Position numbers and translations under genes: made by a program. Shown here in pieces: positions 40,653 through 54,550 of a stretch of 64,000 bases of DNA (the stretch's first letter is position 1; each line of letters opens with the position of its first letter). The notes under the pieces are model-generated. The model worked only from the letters and a program-made list of their open reading frames with translations, did not search any database and had not been told where the DNA came from. Source of the DNA: Eledone cirrhosa. Its lineage: Eukaryota. The stretch is taken from positions 8,060,001 through 8,124,000 of the forward strand of contig OZ024747.1 of the NCBI GenBank assembly GCA_964016885.1. Direction: 5' to 3'.

Positions 40653-40865
40653 CCCTTTAGCATTTACATTACTCTATATATACTAGTGTATTTTTGTGGT
40701 AAATCTTACACAATTATCTCACATGATATCAAATCTTTGAGATTTTGATATTATTTATTTTGAGAACAGTACCTTAACATCAGAATGAGTGGCCAGTTAC
40801 AGCTGGTTTGAACAGAAAAGGTGAGAGAATTCTGGCCGGATATGGCCGGTTTAAATGCTAAAGGG
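40653..40865. mobile_element. Complete TTAA-flanked piggyBac-like MITE, family 1
   Basis: TTAA-ccctttagcattta ... taaatgctaaaggg-TTAA; related copies at ~25845-26070, 35322-35522 and 55499-55724. Confidence 0.85.
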
Positions 40866-41863
40866 TTAAGGAAGCTTCCAAAACTTTTAGAACCCATCAA
40901 TTTCTACTGACAACATTGACTCCACTGAAATTATATTACCACTCAAAAAACATTTACATCATTATTTAGAAAGTAGGGAATTCTTCATATTAACTGATCA
41001 TAACCATTAACCAATGCCATTCCATTTGAAACCAGATAAACATCTTCTAAATGCAACTGAAGTTGATATCCCAACATGTAACTGATATTGTACAACTCTT
41101 GCACACAAAAACCACTCACATACTTAATATTAAAAAAATTCACATGACAGTTGTTACTATTCTGTTTGCTGATTGTGAACATTTCTTTTTAATTGTATCT
41201 GAAAGGCTCTATTTTGGAAATCAAATACCTTCTTTTGCAAATTAAATTAAAGATGTTTGACCATCCCATTCCTCTTTAAAATATCAATCACTGGCTTTAT
41301 TCTCTTGATTCCTCTTACCCAGTCACTTTTATCTTTCCTCAATACATGTCAAAACCATCTCAATCTTTTTCTCTTTGCAACATTCACTACTGGCTCTATT
41401 TTCCATCATTCCTTTAACCTATTCACTCTCATCCTTCCTAAACACATGACCCAAATTCCTTATTCCATTTCTCTTCACAAAATTCATCACTTGTAACATT
41501 CCTTTCTCTCACTCACTTTCATCCTTCCTCAACACATGACCTAACCATCACATTCTATTCCCTCCACAACATTCATCACTGGCTCTGCTCTATTTCCTCT
41601 TATCTTCTGCTTTAGATGTCAAAACAAATTATGTATATGAAATGTTTCATCAACAAATAATAATTATTTTGTTAATAACAATAAATAGAATTAGTTAACA
41701 ACAATACAATTAGTCAACAGTAGTTAGTTAAATACAAACACAGTAAGTTAAAAACAATAAATACAGTTAGTTAATAACAACAAATACAGTTAGTTAATAA
41801 CAACAAACACTATTAGTTATCTATTTACGTATAAAGCTATAATGACATTTAACAAAATGTTAC

Positions 41864-42023
41864 CTGAATGGTTCCAATAAGAAATTTTCTATTAAAAAAT
41901 GCTGAATTCTCTTGAATATTCTTCATTCAGATCTTTCTCTTTCTATTTCAGTATTGCACCAGTTTCATGCTCAGCAGTGAAATAATTGCTGCCTTTTAAA
42001 ATCACTTTTCCATATTCGTTTTG
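41864..42023 (-). other. Candidate 5' UTR exon of the protocadherin
   Basis: Acceptor ttttctgcctatttcag and donor CAG|gtaac around non-repetitive sequence upstream of the large exon. Confidence 0.4.
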
Positions 42024-42217
42024 CTGAAATAGGCAGAAAAAATACAATTATATAAATAAATAAATAAATAAATAAGATATAAAAATGTAAAAAAAACCGA
42101 ACAAGTTATAGCATTTGAGTTGTCAACAATTATGTTCCAAGAAACAACACAACAACAACAACAACAATAATGGTTTCTTTATTGGCCATAAGGGTTACAT
42201 GAATAATAATAATAATA

Positions 42218-42411
42218 ATTGTTTCTACTTTTGGCACAAGGACAGCAATTATCCCAGTGTATTACTGGTACTTTATTTTATCGACCCCGTAAGGATGAAA
42301 GGGAAAATTAACCATGGCGGGATTTGAACTCAGACCATAAAGGGCCGTAACTCTTTGCTGCAAAGCATAGCATAGCGTCCGACCCTCTACCGATACTGCA
42401 AATCCACCGCC
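42218..42411 (-). mobile_element. tRNA-derived SINE with Meta-like core
   Basis: Near-full copy of the 61166-61349 family. Confidence 0.8.
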
Positions 42412-42639
42412 CTTATAATGATAATAATAATAGGATTGCAATATGGATGGAACACTTACAAAAAAAACAAAAATCAAAAACAAACAGCATTGCTTGGAAC
42501 AGCTTGAATACTTCGGAGGGTACTCGATGACTAAGAGGTGTTACCTCAGTTCACTACCAGTGAACTGAGGTAACACTGTAATACATCTCCAGTGTTAGAA
42601 GATGAGAGAAGAAACAATAATAATAATAATAAGGTTCTT

Positions 42640-43250
42640 CGTTGTGAAGATCAGAGGCATGAAGTGTTTCAGATTGCAAGATTGTTCTAGAAAAAACCCA
42701 GAGACAGAGTTTTGGAAAAGTATGTTGAATGCGATAGGGAAACACTTGCATAGTGTGATGCTAAGAAGAAAGAGACATGGAAGTCCTACAATGCGAGGCT
42801 GCTGAATAAAAAGAATAAATGGGACAGTGAAGGCCAACCCTATGTAGACCCAAATAAGGGACCAGTGATAAAAGTTGAAAACAGGGTGATAGACAAAGCA
42901 ATTAAAGATATGAAGGTAAGGAAGGTAGCTAGACCATCTGGTATAGTAACCAAGATGCTAAAACATCAAACATGGTTGGTTATGAGCTTGTCAGATACAC
43001 AATTAGTCAAGTAGTACAGGGTTGTTATACTCAGTAGCTGGCACAGCAGTATTGTGATCTGCTACAAGGGCAAAGGAAATGCACTTGATAGAGGCATCAA
43101 GTTGATGGACCAGGTCATGAAAGTTACTGAAAGGGTCAAAGCACAACTAGTTAAAGACAAAGTTAAGTTAGTTGAGATGCAGTTCAGCTTTATGCCAGGT
43201 AGGGCTACTATCATTGCCCTCTTTCTGGTGAGACAACTGCAGGAGACATG
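42640..43250 (+). mobile_element. Degraded RTE fragment
   Basis: CYKGKGNALDRGIKLMDQVMKVTERV..EMQFSFMPGR. Confidence 0.8.
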
Positions 43251-43574
43251 CTATTCTTGTAAAGGCTCACCTACCATTTTGGTGCCATGACAAAAGCACT
43301 TAGTCCACATTATAAGTCCACATTGTAAAGTAGTCATGTTGGTGACACAATAAAATGTGCCAGTCCACACTGTAAAGTGGTTGTTTTGGTGCTACGATAA
43401 AAGGCACCAAGTCCATGCTGTAAATGTGGTTGGCATTAGGAAGGGCATGCAGCTGTAGAAACCAAACCAGAAACAGTTCTGTATGAGCAAGTCAAGGTCA
43501 TCTGATCTGGCTTATCTCACAGCAGGACAACTTGTCTAACCCATGCTACCATAGAAAAATGGTGATGCTGGTGT

Positions 43575-43611
<37 letters not shown>

Positions 43612-43809
43612 CATATGTATATCATATCATCATCATCCTTGTTTTTACAGCCATTTTTACATGCATGGATTGGACGGGTGCTTCTCAGCATGGCATCTCT
43701 CCACTCGTCGTGTTCCTTCGTCAACTCCTCTGTGAGGTGAGTCTCAGTGATTTGAGGTCAACTCTCACAACCTCTGACCAGGTCTCTTTTGGTCTATATG
43801 TATATGTAT

Positions 43810-46800
43810 ATCATCATCATCATTTTACGTCCGCTCTTCCCTGCTTGCAAGGGTGGGACGGGTCTTATTCAGCACAGCATCTCTCCACTCGTCACAGTCC
43901 TTCGTCATCTCCACCGTGAGCTTCAACGATCTGAGGTCTGTTCTCACCACCTCCGCCCATGTTTTTCGTGGTCTACCTCTACCACGACTTCCTTCAACTG
44001 GCATTTCCTGGCACTTCTTCACTCATTGGTCATCCTCCATGCACATCACATGTCCATACCACCTCAGTCTCCTCTCCCGTACACTACATTCTATCCCTCT
44101 CAGACACAGTTTCTCTCTCAACACATTCATGCTGGGTCGTTCACGCACATTTACACTGCACATCAAACGGAGCATGCTTGCCTCATTTCTCTCTAGCCGT
44201 CGCATATCCTCTGCAGTTGCTGCCCATGTCTCACTAACATGCAGCATCGCGCTCCTCACACAGGCATCATATAACCGGCTTTTCGTTCATAGGGAGAAAG
44301 CCTTCTTTGTCAACAGAGGAAGCAGCTCCCTAAACTTCTTCCAACCCGTCCTTATTCTAGATACTATGGCCTCGGAACACCCCCCTCCCATGCTAATCTG
44401 TTCTCCTAGGTACCGGAAGCTATCCACCACTTCTATAGCACCCTCCTGCATTTGAAAAATGTGTCTATCAATGCGACTTCTACTGTCTAATTTCCCTGTA
44501 CATCTACTGCATACATATTTCTCCCTACCTGTTAGTTTGCCTGCTATCCCGCTACATCTCTTGTGTACCCAGGATCTGCATTGTGTGCATTTTATAGAAT
44601 TTATGCCAATTCCTTTTCTGCATATCGAACATGACCATTTCCCTGATGGAATTAGAGTTTTGTCCTCTTTTCTACTCATCAACACTTTTGTCTTAGTTAG
44701 GTTCATTCTCAGTCCTCTTGCTTCCAACTGCTATTTCCATAGCCAGAATTTATTCTCTAGCTCCTCTACTGATTCTGCTATAAGAACCAGATCGTCAGCA
44801 TAGAGAAGTTCCCATGGACAGCCAGTCTTAAACTCCTCTGTTATGGCTTGGAGGACTATAATGAACAAGAGCGGGCTGAGGACCGAACCTTGATGTACTC
44901 CTACTTGTATCTGGAATTCCTCACTAAACTCCATTCCTACCCTGACTTTACTGAGAGTACCTCTGTACAAAGTTTGCACTGTCCTCACAAGCCATTCCTC
45001 AACACCTAGTTTCCTTAGGGACCACCAGATGACAGATCGGGGTACCCTATCAAAGGCCTTCTCTAGGTCAACAAAGGCTAGTTTTGTGGCTTATTTTTCT
45101 CTAAGAACCTCTCTTGCATTTGTCTCACCAAGAAGAGGGCATCTGTTGTACTCTTCCCAGGCACAAAACCAAACTGCATCTCATCTAGTTTGACCCTTTC
45201 TCTAATTAGTTGTGCTAATATCCTTTCTGCCACTTTCATAACCTGATCCATCAGTTTTATACCCCTATAATTGCTCCTCTCCAGAGCATCCCCTTTACCT
45301 TTGTAGCAATTTATGAGAATACTGCTGCACCAGTCTTTGGGTATGACACCACCATATATAGCCTGACTGATGATGCGTGCAACCAGTTTAGTGCCTACGT
45401 CCCCTGATGCCTTCAGCATCTCAGCAACTAACCCCGACGATCCAGCGGCCTTACCATTTTTCATTTCCTTAATCGCCTCTTGGACCCTATATTCGTCAAT
45501 CTCAAAACCTGGTCCTTCTGTCGGATCTACTAAGAGTAATTTCTCTCTCACTCATTCATTCTCCACATTCAGCAGTCTCTCATAATGACATTTCCAGGCC
45601 TCCTTTTTCTGATCATTCGTGACACTAAGTACACCGGCATCATTCCAGACACATTTATCTCCAACAACATCCTGATTTGCATTGACACACTACCTTGCAA
45701 TGTAGAACACCGCACGCCTCTGATCTTCCCGTTGCAGAACATTGGCAAACCTCCTACTATCAGCCTCTCTGCGTGTTAAGTACACCTGCCGTCTAGCTTC
45801 TCTCTTAGCGGCTGTATATTCTTCCTTACGCCCACCCTTTTTCCAAGCTTTCCATGCTAGTCTTTTGTCTCTAATGGCCCTATCTACTGTGCTGTTCCAC
45901 CACCAGGTCAGTCTCTGTCTGGTTGGAGCTCTGCTCCAGCCACAAGTTTCATCAGTAGCCTGCAGTAAGTTGTCACGTAAGAAATTCCAGTTAGTATCTA
46001 TGTCATACGTCTCTAAATCGTCTTCTTTTTCGTCATATACATCTTGAAGGACTTTCCTAAATTTGTATTTTAGTGAAAGGTCTTTTAGCTTCCAGACCTT
46101 TCTTCTCCACACCTTCCTATATGTTTCATTCCATCTCTTGCTTACTGAGATATCACTAACGACTAACCTATGCTGTGGGGTACATTCTTCCTCAGGGTAT
46201 GCCTTGGTAATTGACACCATCAGCCTGTCCCGCTGCCTAACTAGTAAGAAGTCAATCTGGCTTATGTGCTCGCCAGATTTGTAGGTTATTAGGTGATTGG
46301 CAGGGTTCTGGAAGTTTGTGTTGCAAATAGTCAGTGTACTTGCATCACAAAATTCAAGAAGTCTCACTCATTCTTCATTTCTTGAGCCGTAACCATGCCC
46401 ACCATGTACCCCAGTGTAACCATCCTGGAGCTGTCCAACATAACCATTGAAGTCCCCTGCTAGCATAACGATGTCTCCGTCCTCTGTCATTGTGGTTGTT
46501 TGTAAAAGTTGCTCATAAAAGCAGTCTTTCTCATCTTTGCCTAGGCCTGCTTGGGGAGCATAGGCCGAGATGATTGTCAGTAGTCTCCTGCCTACAACTA
46601 ATCTAAGCTTAATTATTCGATTACTAACTCGAACTACCTCTATTGACTTATTGATCCATCTCTCAGCCAGGAAAATGCCTACTCTCCCTAACCATCATCC
46701 TTACCTATCCAGAAAAGCTTATAGCTAAGATGTTTGCCTACGACTAGTCTCACAGAGGCACCCCTCCATCTCACCTCTTGCACGCAGCACACATCCACAT

Positions 46801-47035
46801 GCCTTCTCTCCAGCATCTCCGCTATTTTAGCAGATCTACCTCTGAGAGTGCCAACATTAAGTGTTGCAACTCTGAGATGCGACGTCTTCATATTTTGTTG
46901 TTGTTCCTATCTATTTGTTGCTGTGCTGCGAAGCGTTTTGGCATTGATACACTGGTTGGATGCCCTTCCTAACACCAGTGCCACTTTACAGAATGGACTG
47001 GGTGCTTTTATTTGTGCCACCAGCACTGGAGAGGA
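43810..47035 (-). mobile_element. Near-full-length RTE-clade LINE (AP endonuclease plus RT) with several premature stops
   Basis: ORF from 46891 (LRVATLNVGTL..CVQEVRW) through SQIDF, YRGIKLM, EMQFGF, GVHQGSVLSPLLF, LLYADD, FRYLG and RLRWYGHV to 43825; (GAT)n tail. Confidence 0.95.
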
Positions 47036-47339
47036 TGTCTTACTAGACTCAAGGGCCCTCTCTACCCCTCCATTTTACAGCATGGTCATAAAAAAAAAAA
47101 CACTTATTGACACGACACGCACACACACTCACACACCAACACTCATGCATACAAACTACAAACACACACGCCACTCACACACCAACACTCATGCATACAA
47201 ACACACACACCACTCACATACACACATATATATATATATATATATATATTACCGGCAGTACTGATACAAAATTAAAATCATGTCAACTGTTGACTATTCC
47301 CAGTCCAGTTCAGTTTTTATATAATAATAATAATTGTTT

Positions 47340-47945
47340 GCTGGTGATGGTGGTGGTGGTGGTGAATGGTGGTGGTGATGGTGATGGTGAATGGTGGTGG
47401 TGATGGTGGTGGTGAATGGTGGTGGTGATGGTGGTGGATAGTGTCAGTGATGGTGATGGTGGTGGTAGTGGTGGAGGTGGTGGATGGTGACTGATGGTGG
47501 CGATGGTGGATGGTGCTAGTGATGGTGGTGGTGGTAGTAGTGGTGGTGGTGAAGGTGGTGGATGGTGTCAGTGATGGTGGTGATGGCGGTGGTGGTGGAT
47601 AGTGCCAGTGATGGTGGTGGTGGTTGTGGTGGTGGATGGCAGTGGTGGTGGATGGTACCAGTGATAGTGGTGGTGGTGTTTGTGGTGGTGGTGAAGGTGG
47701 TGGATGGTTTCAGTATGGTGATGGTGGTGGCAGTTGTTGCTGTCGTTGTTATTGTTGTTGCTGCTGCCGTTGTTGTTGTTCTTCATTTCACTGTTGCTGC
47801 TGCTGCAGACAATGGTGTTGTTGCTGTTATTGTAGTCGCATATATATAAATACATACATACACACACATTCAACACAGACAATGGTGTTGTTGCTGTTCT
47901 TGTTGTTGCTGTCGCTGTTGTTGTAGTTGTAGTTGTTGCTGTGTT
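47340..47945. repeat. (GGT/GAT)n and (GTT/GCT)n low-complexity tract
   Basis: Direct inspection. Confidence 0.9.
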
Positions 47946-48073
47946 GAAATCTGGTCGCATCCACTGAGATGTACATATACATACATATATACACACACAT
48001 ACATCAAAGGAGTTAGCAGTTTGTCAACAGTCAACAGGTCAGCCAGCTTAGATAGGGTAATGAGTTATGTGGT

Positions 48074-48478
48074 GAATTTATGGCCTTTTGCAATGGCGGA
48101 CAAGTAAGCGTAAAATGTAAATTTTTAAATAGAGATTGCTCTGGAAGAATATATGGAATATTTCTGTAGCTTTCACAGCTTTTCTCAGAACCTTTCCCGG
48201 CTTCCAATGAGCAAAAATTATTGTTGTATTTTGGTCTTTCAGAATACAAAAATTAATAAAAACCTACCCCCAAAATTATGAATTTATGGCCTTTTGCAAT
48301 GGCGGACAAGTAAGCGTAAAATGTAAATTTTTAAATAGAGATTGCTCTGGAAGAATATATGGAATATTTCTGAAGCTTTCACAGCTTTTCTCAGAACGTT
48401 TCCCGGCTTTCAATGAGTAAAAATGATTGTTGTATTTTGGTCTTTCAGAATACGAAAATTAATAAAAACTTACCCCCA
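48074..48478. repeat. ~206-bp tandem duplication
   Basis: gaatttatggccttttgcaatggcgg...aaaacctacccc at 48074 and 48280. Confidence 0.9.
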
Positions 48479-48732
48479 CGAAAAACCGTGTGTTGTCCTA
48501 CCTATGAGCTCCCTATATATATATATCATTTCATTTTACGTCCGCTTTAGCCTGCTTGCAAGGGTGGGATGGGAACTGATTCTGGCTTTATTTCTACAGC
48601 TGGATGCCCTTCCTAACACCAACCTCATTTACAGTGAGTGCTGGGTGCTTGTTTTCCGTGGCACCTCCACAACCACTTTGCAGTGGAATGAACAGCTGAG
48701 TAAACTGGAGCAATGTGAAATAAAGTGTTTTG

Positions 48733-48844
<112 letters not shown>

Positions 48845-49006
48845 GTAGGAGGTGAGTTTTATTGTAGTACAATAAAGCAATGCAGATATCGGATAAGTAG
48901 CACTCTACAGTTTGTAGGACTGGAGTATAAATAATCTCATGATGATATTTGTTTTTGAAATGCGCATAATAAAATACATGGAACTCTTTTAACCATCTTT
49001 TGATCT

Positions 49007-49014
<8 letters not shown>
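48845..49014. mobile_element. (TA)n-inserted, internally inverted copy of the 58741 hammerhead element
   Basis: 48845-48935 matches 58741-58831; 48938-49014 matches 59056-59135, including GAAATGCGCATA. Confidence 0.85.
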
Positions 49015-49087
<73 letters not shown>

Positions 49088-49113
49088 CACACATATATAT
49101 ATAAAATATATAT

Positions 49114-49163
<50 letters not shown>

Positions 49164-49564
49164 ATATATATTTTATATATATATATAATGTGCACACACA
49201 TATATATATATGTACATATACACACACACACATATATATATATGTGTGTGTATATGTACGCACGTGTGTAATATTTAACAATGAAAGAATCTGGCTACTG
49301 ATAACCACACACACACACACACACACACAGACAGACATATGTATATTCAGCAGTTATCAAGTATAAGAGAATTCTTTAAAATTTTTACCATTTTCTATCA
49401 ACACAGACATTGCATTGAAAGTATGAAAATATAGATGGAGAATTGGAACATTCTATTCTACATGAAAAGTATGAAAGATTCATTTCCTGATTTCCTTTGC
49501 AAAGAATTTTTGTGGTTGAGATCAAAGTGGGTTGATTCCAGTGAAATGTTAACAGCAATAGGAA

Positions 49565-50300
49565 TAATGGCTTCTAACATAAGTACAAGACCAGAAAATC
49601 ATTTGATGGGTAGGGGAAATTAATTATATCTTTCCCAGTGCTTGACTGGTACTTTATTTTATCAACCCCAGAAGGATGAAAAGTAATTTTGATCTCAGCA
49701 GGATTTGAACTGAGAATGTAAAGAAATATAATTGTTTCTACTTTTGGCACAAGGCCAGCAATTACCCCAGCGCATTACTGGTACTTTATTTTATCGACCT
49801 CGTAAGGATGAAAGGCAAAGTTAACCTCGGCGGGATTTGAACTCAGACCCTAAAGGGATGTAACTCTGTGCTGCAAAGCATGGCGTCCGACTCTCTACCG
49901 ATATTGCCAATTCACTGCCCTTGTATAATATAATAAAATGTTGTAAGGCATTCTCTCCAATACTCTAATGATTCTGCTAACCCCCTTCCACCACCACCAC
50001 CACCACCACCACCAATACCATCATCACCACTCAGAACGTAAAGGGGCGTAATTATATGCCACAAAGCATGTTGTCTGACACTCTACCGATTCTGCCAATC
50101 CAACAACAATGTTAATAATAATTTCTAATTTAAGCACAAGGCCAGTAATTTGGGGGAGGAGTGAAAATCAATTAAATCAACCCTAATATTTGGTTGCCAG
50201 TATATTCTATCGATCCCAGAAGGATGAAAGGCCAAATTGACCCTCAGTGGGGTTTGAACTCAGAATATAAAGAGCCAGAACAAATACTGCTAAGTATTTA
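49565..50300 (-). mobile_element. Nested cluster of tRNA-derived Meta-like SINEs
   Basis: Three copies of ctggtactttattttatcgacc..aaggatgaaaggc..gatttgaactcag. Confidence 0.8.
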
Positions 50301-52427
50301 TCCAATTGCTTAACAACTCAACCCACCACCCGCAACCCACCACCCGCAACAGCAATATTAATATCAGTTCCACAGAAATTTCTCTTCATTCTGAACTGGC
50401 AAAACTGAACAATAAAAGCAAAAATTGGTTCACATTACTCATGCCTGAAACTGAAATTGGAATATCAAGTGTAGTAATTCATTTGTAGCAACAACCATTG
50501 ATGATTCACAGGGAAAGTGAAATTGAAAGTATCAATTGATTGAGCCTTTCATCCATGTTTTATGATATCACATTTATCTCCTTTTTCCAATTCTATCTTA
50601 TTGCCAGTGGTCACTCACAATGGCCAACACTTTTCTGTCATTTCCATGGCATTTATTGACTTTCACTGAACTGAAACGGTCAGTATTAATCAACAAGTAC
50701 AAAGTATTTTAATGTTGCAGATTAGGTTAGTTTGGTAGTTAGAGAATGGTTATATCTTTATATACCTCTTTACTTGAAACTTTCATTGCCTGATATTATA
50801 TTGAATAAAACATTTGTATATAACCAGTAGTTCCAAATATCTTCAATACTCACATCATTTTTTAAAAATATAATCATTTTGTTACCATATTTCTAATGAA
50901 ATACACTCTAATTTAATTAATTAAGAATTTTGATTGATTTACTAAAATTATTAATTATTCCATTACTGAGAGCATGATTTAATAAATGGTTCTTATATAA
51001 AATCATGGTGGAAGAATTTAATTTATAATAGGAAACCTATATAATGGATGGTTTTCTTTCATAGAACCAGAACTGATTTTGGCTGGGTTGGTATCAAAAG
51101 GGTAAATAAAGAATTTTGAGGGATTTACTATAAGAATTAATTATTTCATTTCTATCAAAGTAACTCAACATATGGTTCTTATATAAAATCATGGAAGATT
51201 TTAATTTAAATAGGAACTCTTTAAAATGAGTGGTTTTTGTGTCAGAGAACCAGTGCCAATTTTAGCTGGGTTGATATCATATTTTTAATGAAATGCAAAG
51301 CCAATATCTTTTAATATAATGAAGAATTTGAAGGAATTTAGTAGCTTAGCTGAACTTTTTCATTATTAAGATGATGTTAGGAACATTACTTAACGAAAGG
51401 TTCTAACATATAAATTATCATGGAAAGCTTTAATGTAAATATAAACACTTTAAAATGAGCATTTTAAAAAAATAATGAAACCAGGAGGTTTGTTATTAAA
51501 AAGGTTAAATGAATTTTCCTACAGCCCAGGATCAATTATTATCTCATGAACTCAGTTGATCTTCTGATTGATCCAAGGAAACATAACTATATCAGATATC
51601 TTGATAACATTAGATTTGTGGCTATTTCTTCCAGATATCTACTACAGTAACCTGCTATTATCTTTGCTGAGCTATATTTTCAGTTAACTTTAATAGACCA
51701 TCATAAAGTTCTATGCTGGTAGTGTGGCTCTTCCAAGTGAAGTTAAGAACCATCTATAGAAGGTGGGAATACATTCTATATAGCTTAACCAACTCTATGT
51801 GCTGTGGATGCAGAAGAACTAAATGGTTAAGAAGTCTGCTTTGCAATCATTAAACTCTGGGTTCAATCCCACTGTGGCATCATGGGCAAATGTCATTTCA
51901 CATAACCTCAGTCTGACTCATGCCTTATGAGTACCTTCAGAAATGGGGATATGCCACTGATGAGGATTCCAACTGCCAATGTGGGCAATCATAAACTATG
52001 GAGCACTTTCTAGTTTGCCCCAATCTTGAAGATTCATGCACACTCAATGACCTTGAAACCTTAACACCCCAGGCAAGGCTCTGTGTGCAACATTGGATGG
52101 GTGTGATGTAGTGACTCGATAAGAAGAAGATACTCTTTGAGTGAAATTGGTAGATAGAAGCTATTTGGAAATCTGTCAAATAGATTGTACCTGTAATTTA
52201 AATGGCCACCCTTGTCACACACTGTTTTATGCTGAGAATTATGATAAGAGTACACATGTCTGTAGAATGCACACATGTCTGTAGAATGCTCAGCCACTTT
52301 CACGACTTTTATGAGCAAGTTGTTCTATTGATCAAACAACTGGAATGCTCAATGTTGAAACTGGTGGAAGTTCCATTCCCTAACATGACCATAGATAATA
52401 AAGGGCTCCCTTGATTAGCAGCATTCT

Positions 52428-52627
52428 CAGACCTGCCAACCTCTAAAAACCCAAACAGGGAGGACTGTGAAATAAAGTGCCCCAAAACGGGGAGAGTAGA
52501 AATGAGGCAAAATGGGGAGATTTTATAAAATGAAAGCTATGCCCATTTTCACAAGAGAAGACATCTCTCACCCACCCCAAAGTGGGTGGGAGATCTCCCT
52601 TTTGGATGGGGAGAGTTGACAGGCCTG
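52428..52627. mobile_element. 200-bp MITE
   Basis: TIRs cagacctgccaac / gttgacaggcctg; flanks cattct / catttt. Confidence 0.7.
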
Positions 52628-53484
52628 CATTTTTGTCAATTTAATCATGTCTGTAACTCTAAGTCTGCTACTATAACCACTACACTATGTTGCTGCTACA
52701 ACATAGCTGGCTAGCAATTATGAATATCACAAGTACAATAATAATTCTACCAACTATAGCAGCAGTTTTATCAGAAAATATAAAGTGTTTTGTACTGATA
52801 CAACACGATATAAACCCTCAAGGTATTTTCTTATTGAAATATTAACAAAAAAAAAAACAACAAACGATAAAGAGATGGCATTTTAAATGTAACAAAGGTG
52901 AAAAGAAATTAGAGTGTTTTTTTTTTGTATAATGAACAGGTTCCTGTTTTAATCGAGAAGGTTTACTGTATTTAGGTTAAGAAAGCTAATGAATCTTGGG
53001 ATAAATTTGGTAAAAAAACCTAACGGCATCATACCTTTTGAAACAGCAATTGTAAAGTATAAAGGAGAGAATACTTTATATAAAAATCATGGATGAATAG
53101 TCATAGATTATTCAATATATCTGAGAGCAGAAAATTTACAATTGTTGTAGTTGAAATAAATAAAAAAAATATGAGTTGGAGATTTCTATAGTGCTTGGAA
53201 ATTCTTCAAAAGAATTCAGTTGCAGCATGCTTTCTATTCTGATTTTTTTTTTGTTTCCTTTCCATTTGGCATTTCTCTCTTTATCTGCATATACATATAG
53301 TTTTTTTTTCTTGATATTTTATTCTAAATAAAGGAAACTTGTAAAAATATTAAGAGGCATGACAAAGAAAAACTGAAGAATTTAGGAAGAAGTAGTACCA
53401 AAAGAAAGGAAGGAAGGAAGAAGAAAGAGAAGAGTTGAGCCTGAAGCCAAACCATTTGAATGAAGAATGAAAAGAGAATTGGAG

Positions 53485-53531
<47 letters not shown>

Positions 53532-54467
53532 AAAATGTATGGAAATGTAGAGTAACAATTAACCGATGTGATATTGTAGTGTTCCACAAGAAAGAGAAAT
53601 GCATTAATAATGTAAAAGAGAGGGAGAGGTTAAGATTTTCTTCCTTTTCTGGCTACGAACCGGTATAAAGAAAAATAGAAAAACACACACACACATCGAA
53701 AACCTTATATAGTGGCTGGTATATTAATCAGAGTGACTATAGAGAAGTTCTGCCAATATATAAAGACATGTCAATAAAATGGAACCTCAGTGTAGAAAAT
53801 GGTTGTACATGTCTCTACTGTTGTTGTTACTGTCCATGTCTATATATGTTTAGCTGGTCTCCTACCAGGTTGTATCTCATAGGAGGTTTCTCATGTGTTT
53901 TAATGATAGGGACCCCAGTCTCATCCTGTTGTTGTTGTTACAGTTCACATATATGTATTGTTAACTGGCCTCCTTTGATGTTGTATCACATAGGAGGTTT
54001 CTTGGGTGTTTTGGGAGTTCCGGTCCTATCATGATATGCAATGTGTAAAATGAAACATCTTGCTCAAGAAAAACAACACACCACTCTGTCCAGGAATCGA
54101 ACCCATAACTGGGTTTAACACTTTAATCATTAAATGTGGGTTCAACACTCTAACCATGAGACAAGATGCTTTCACATTTATAATTCATCTGACATATAGA
54201 TACGAGGGAGAGTGGGGATGGGATATATAGTAAAAGCTAAATGAAATAGAAGACTTGACAACATTCTGGAAGGTGAAAAGTTGAAGACTAAATGAATAAT
54301 TAATTTGTTTGGAAACCTTTACCTCAGATATCTGGTGATATTTTGTTGTTGAGTAAAGTTGACAGGAACAGCAGACAAGATTTTGAAAGAGTAGAATATT
54401 TGTTTTGACTTAGGCGAAACCTTGATGACCTCCAGATATAATATTAGTGTAAGAAGAATGAGTTAGA

Positions 54468-54550
<83 letters not shown>

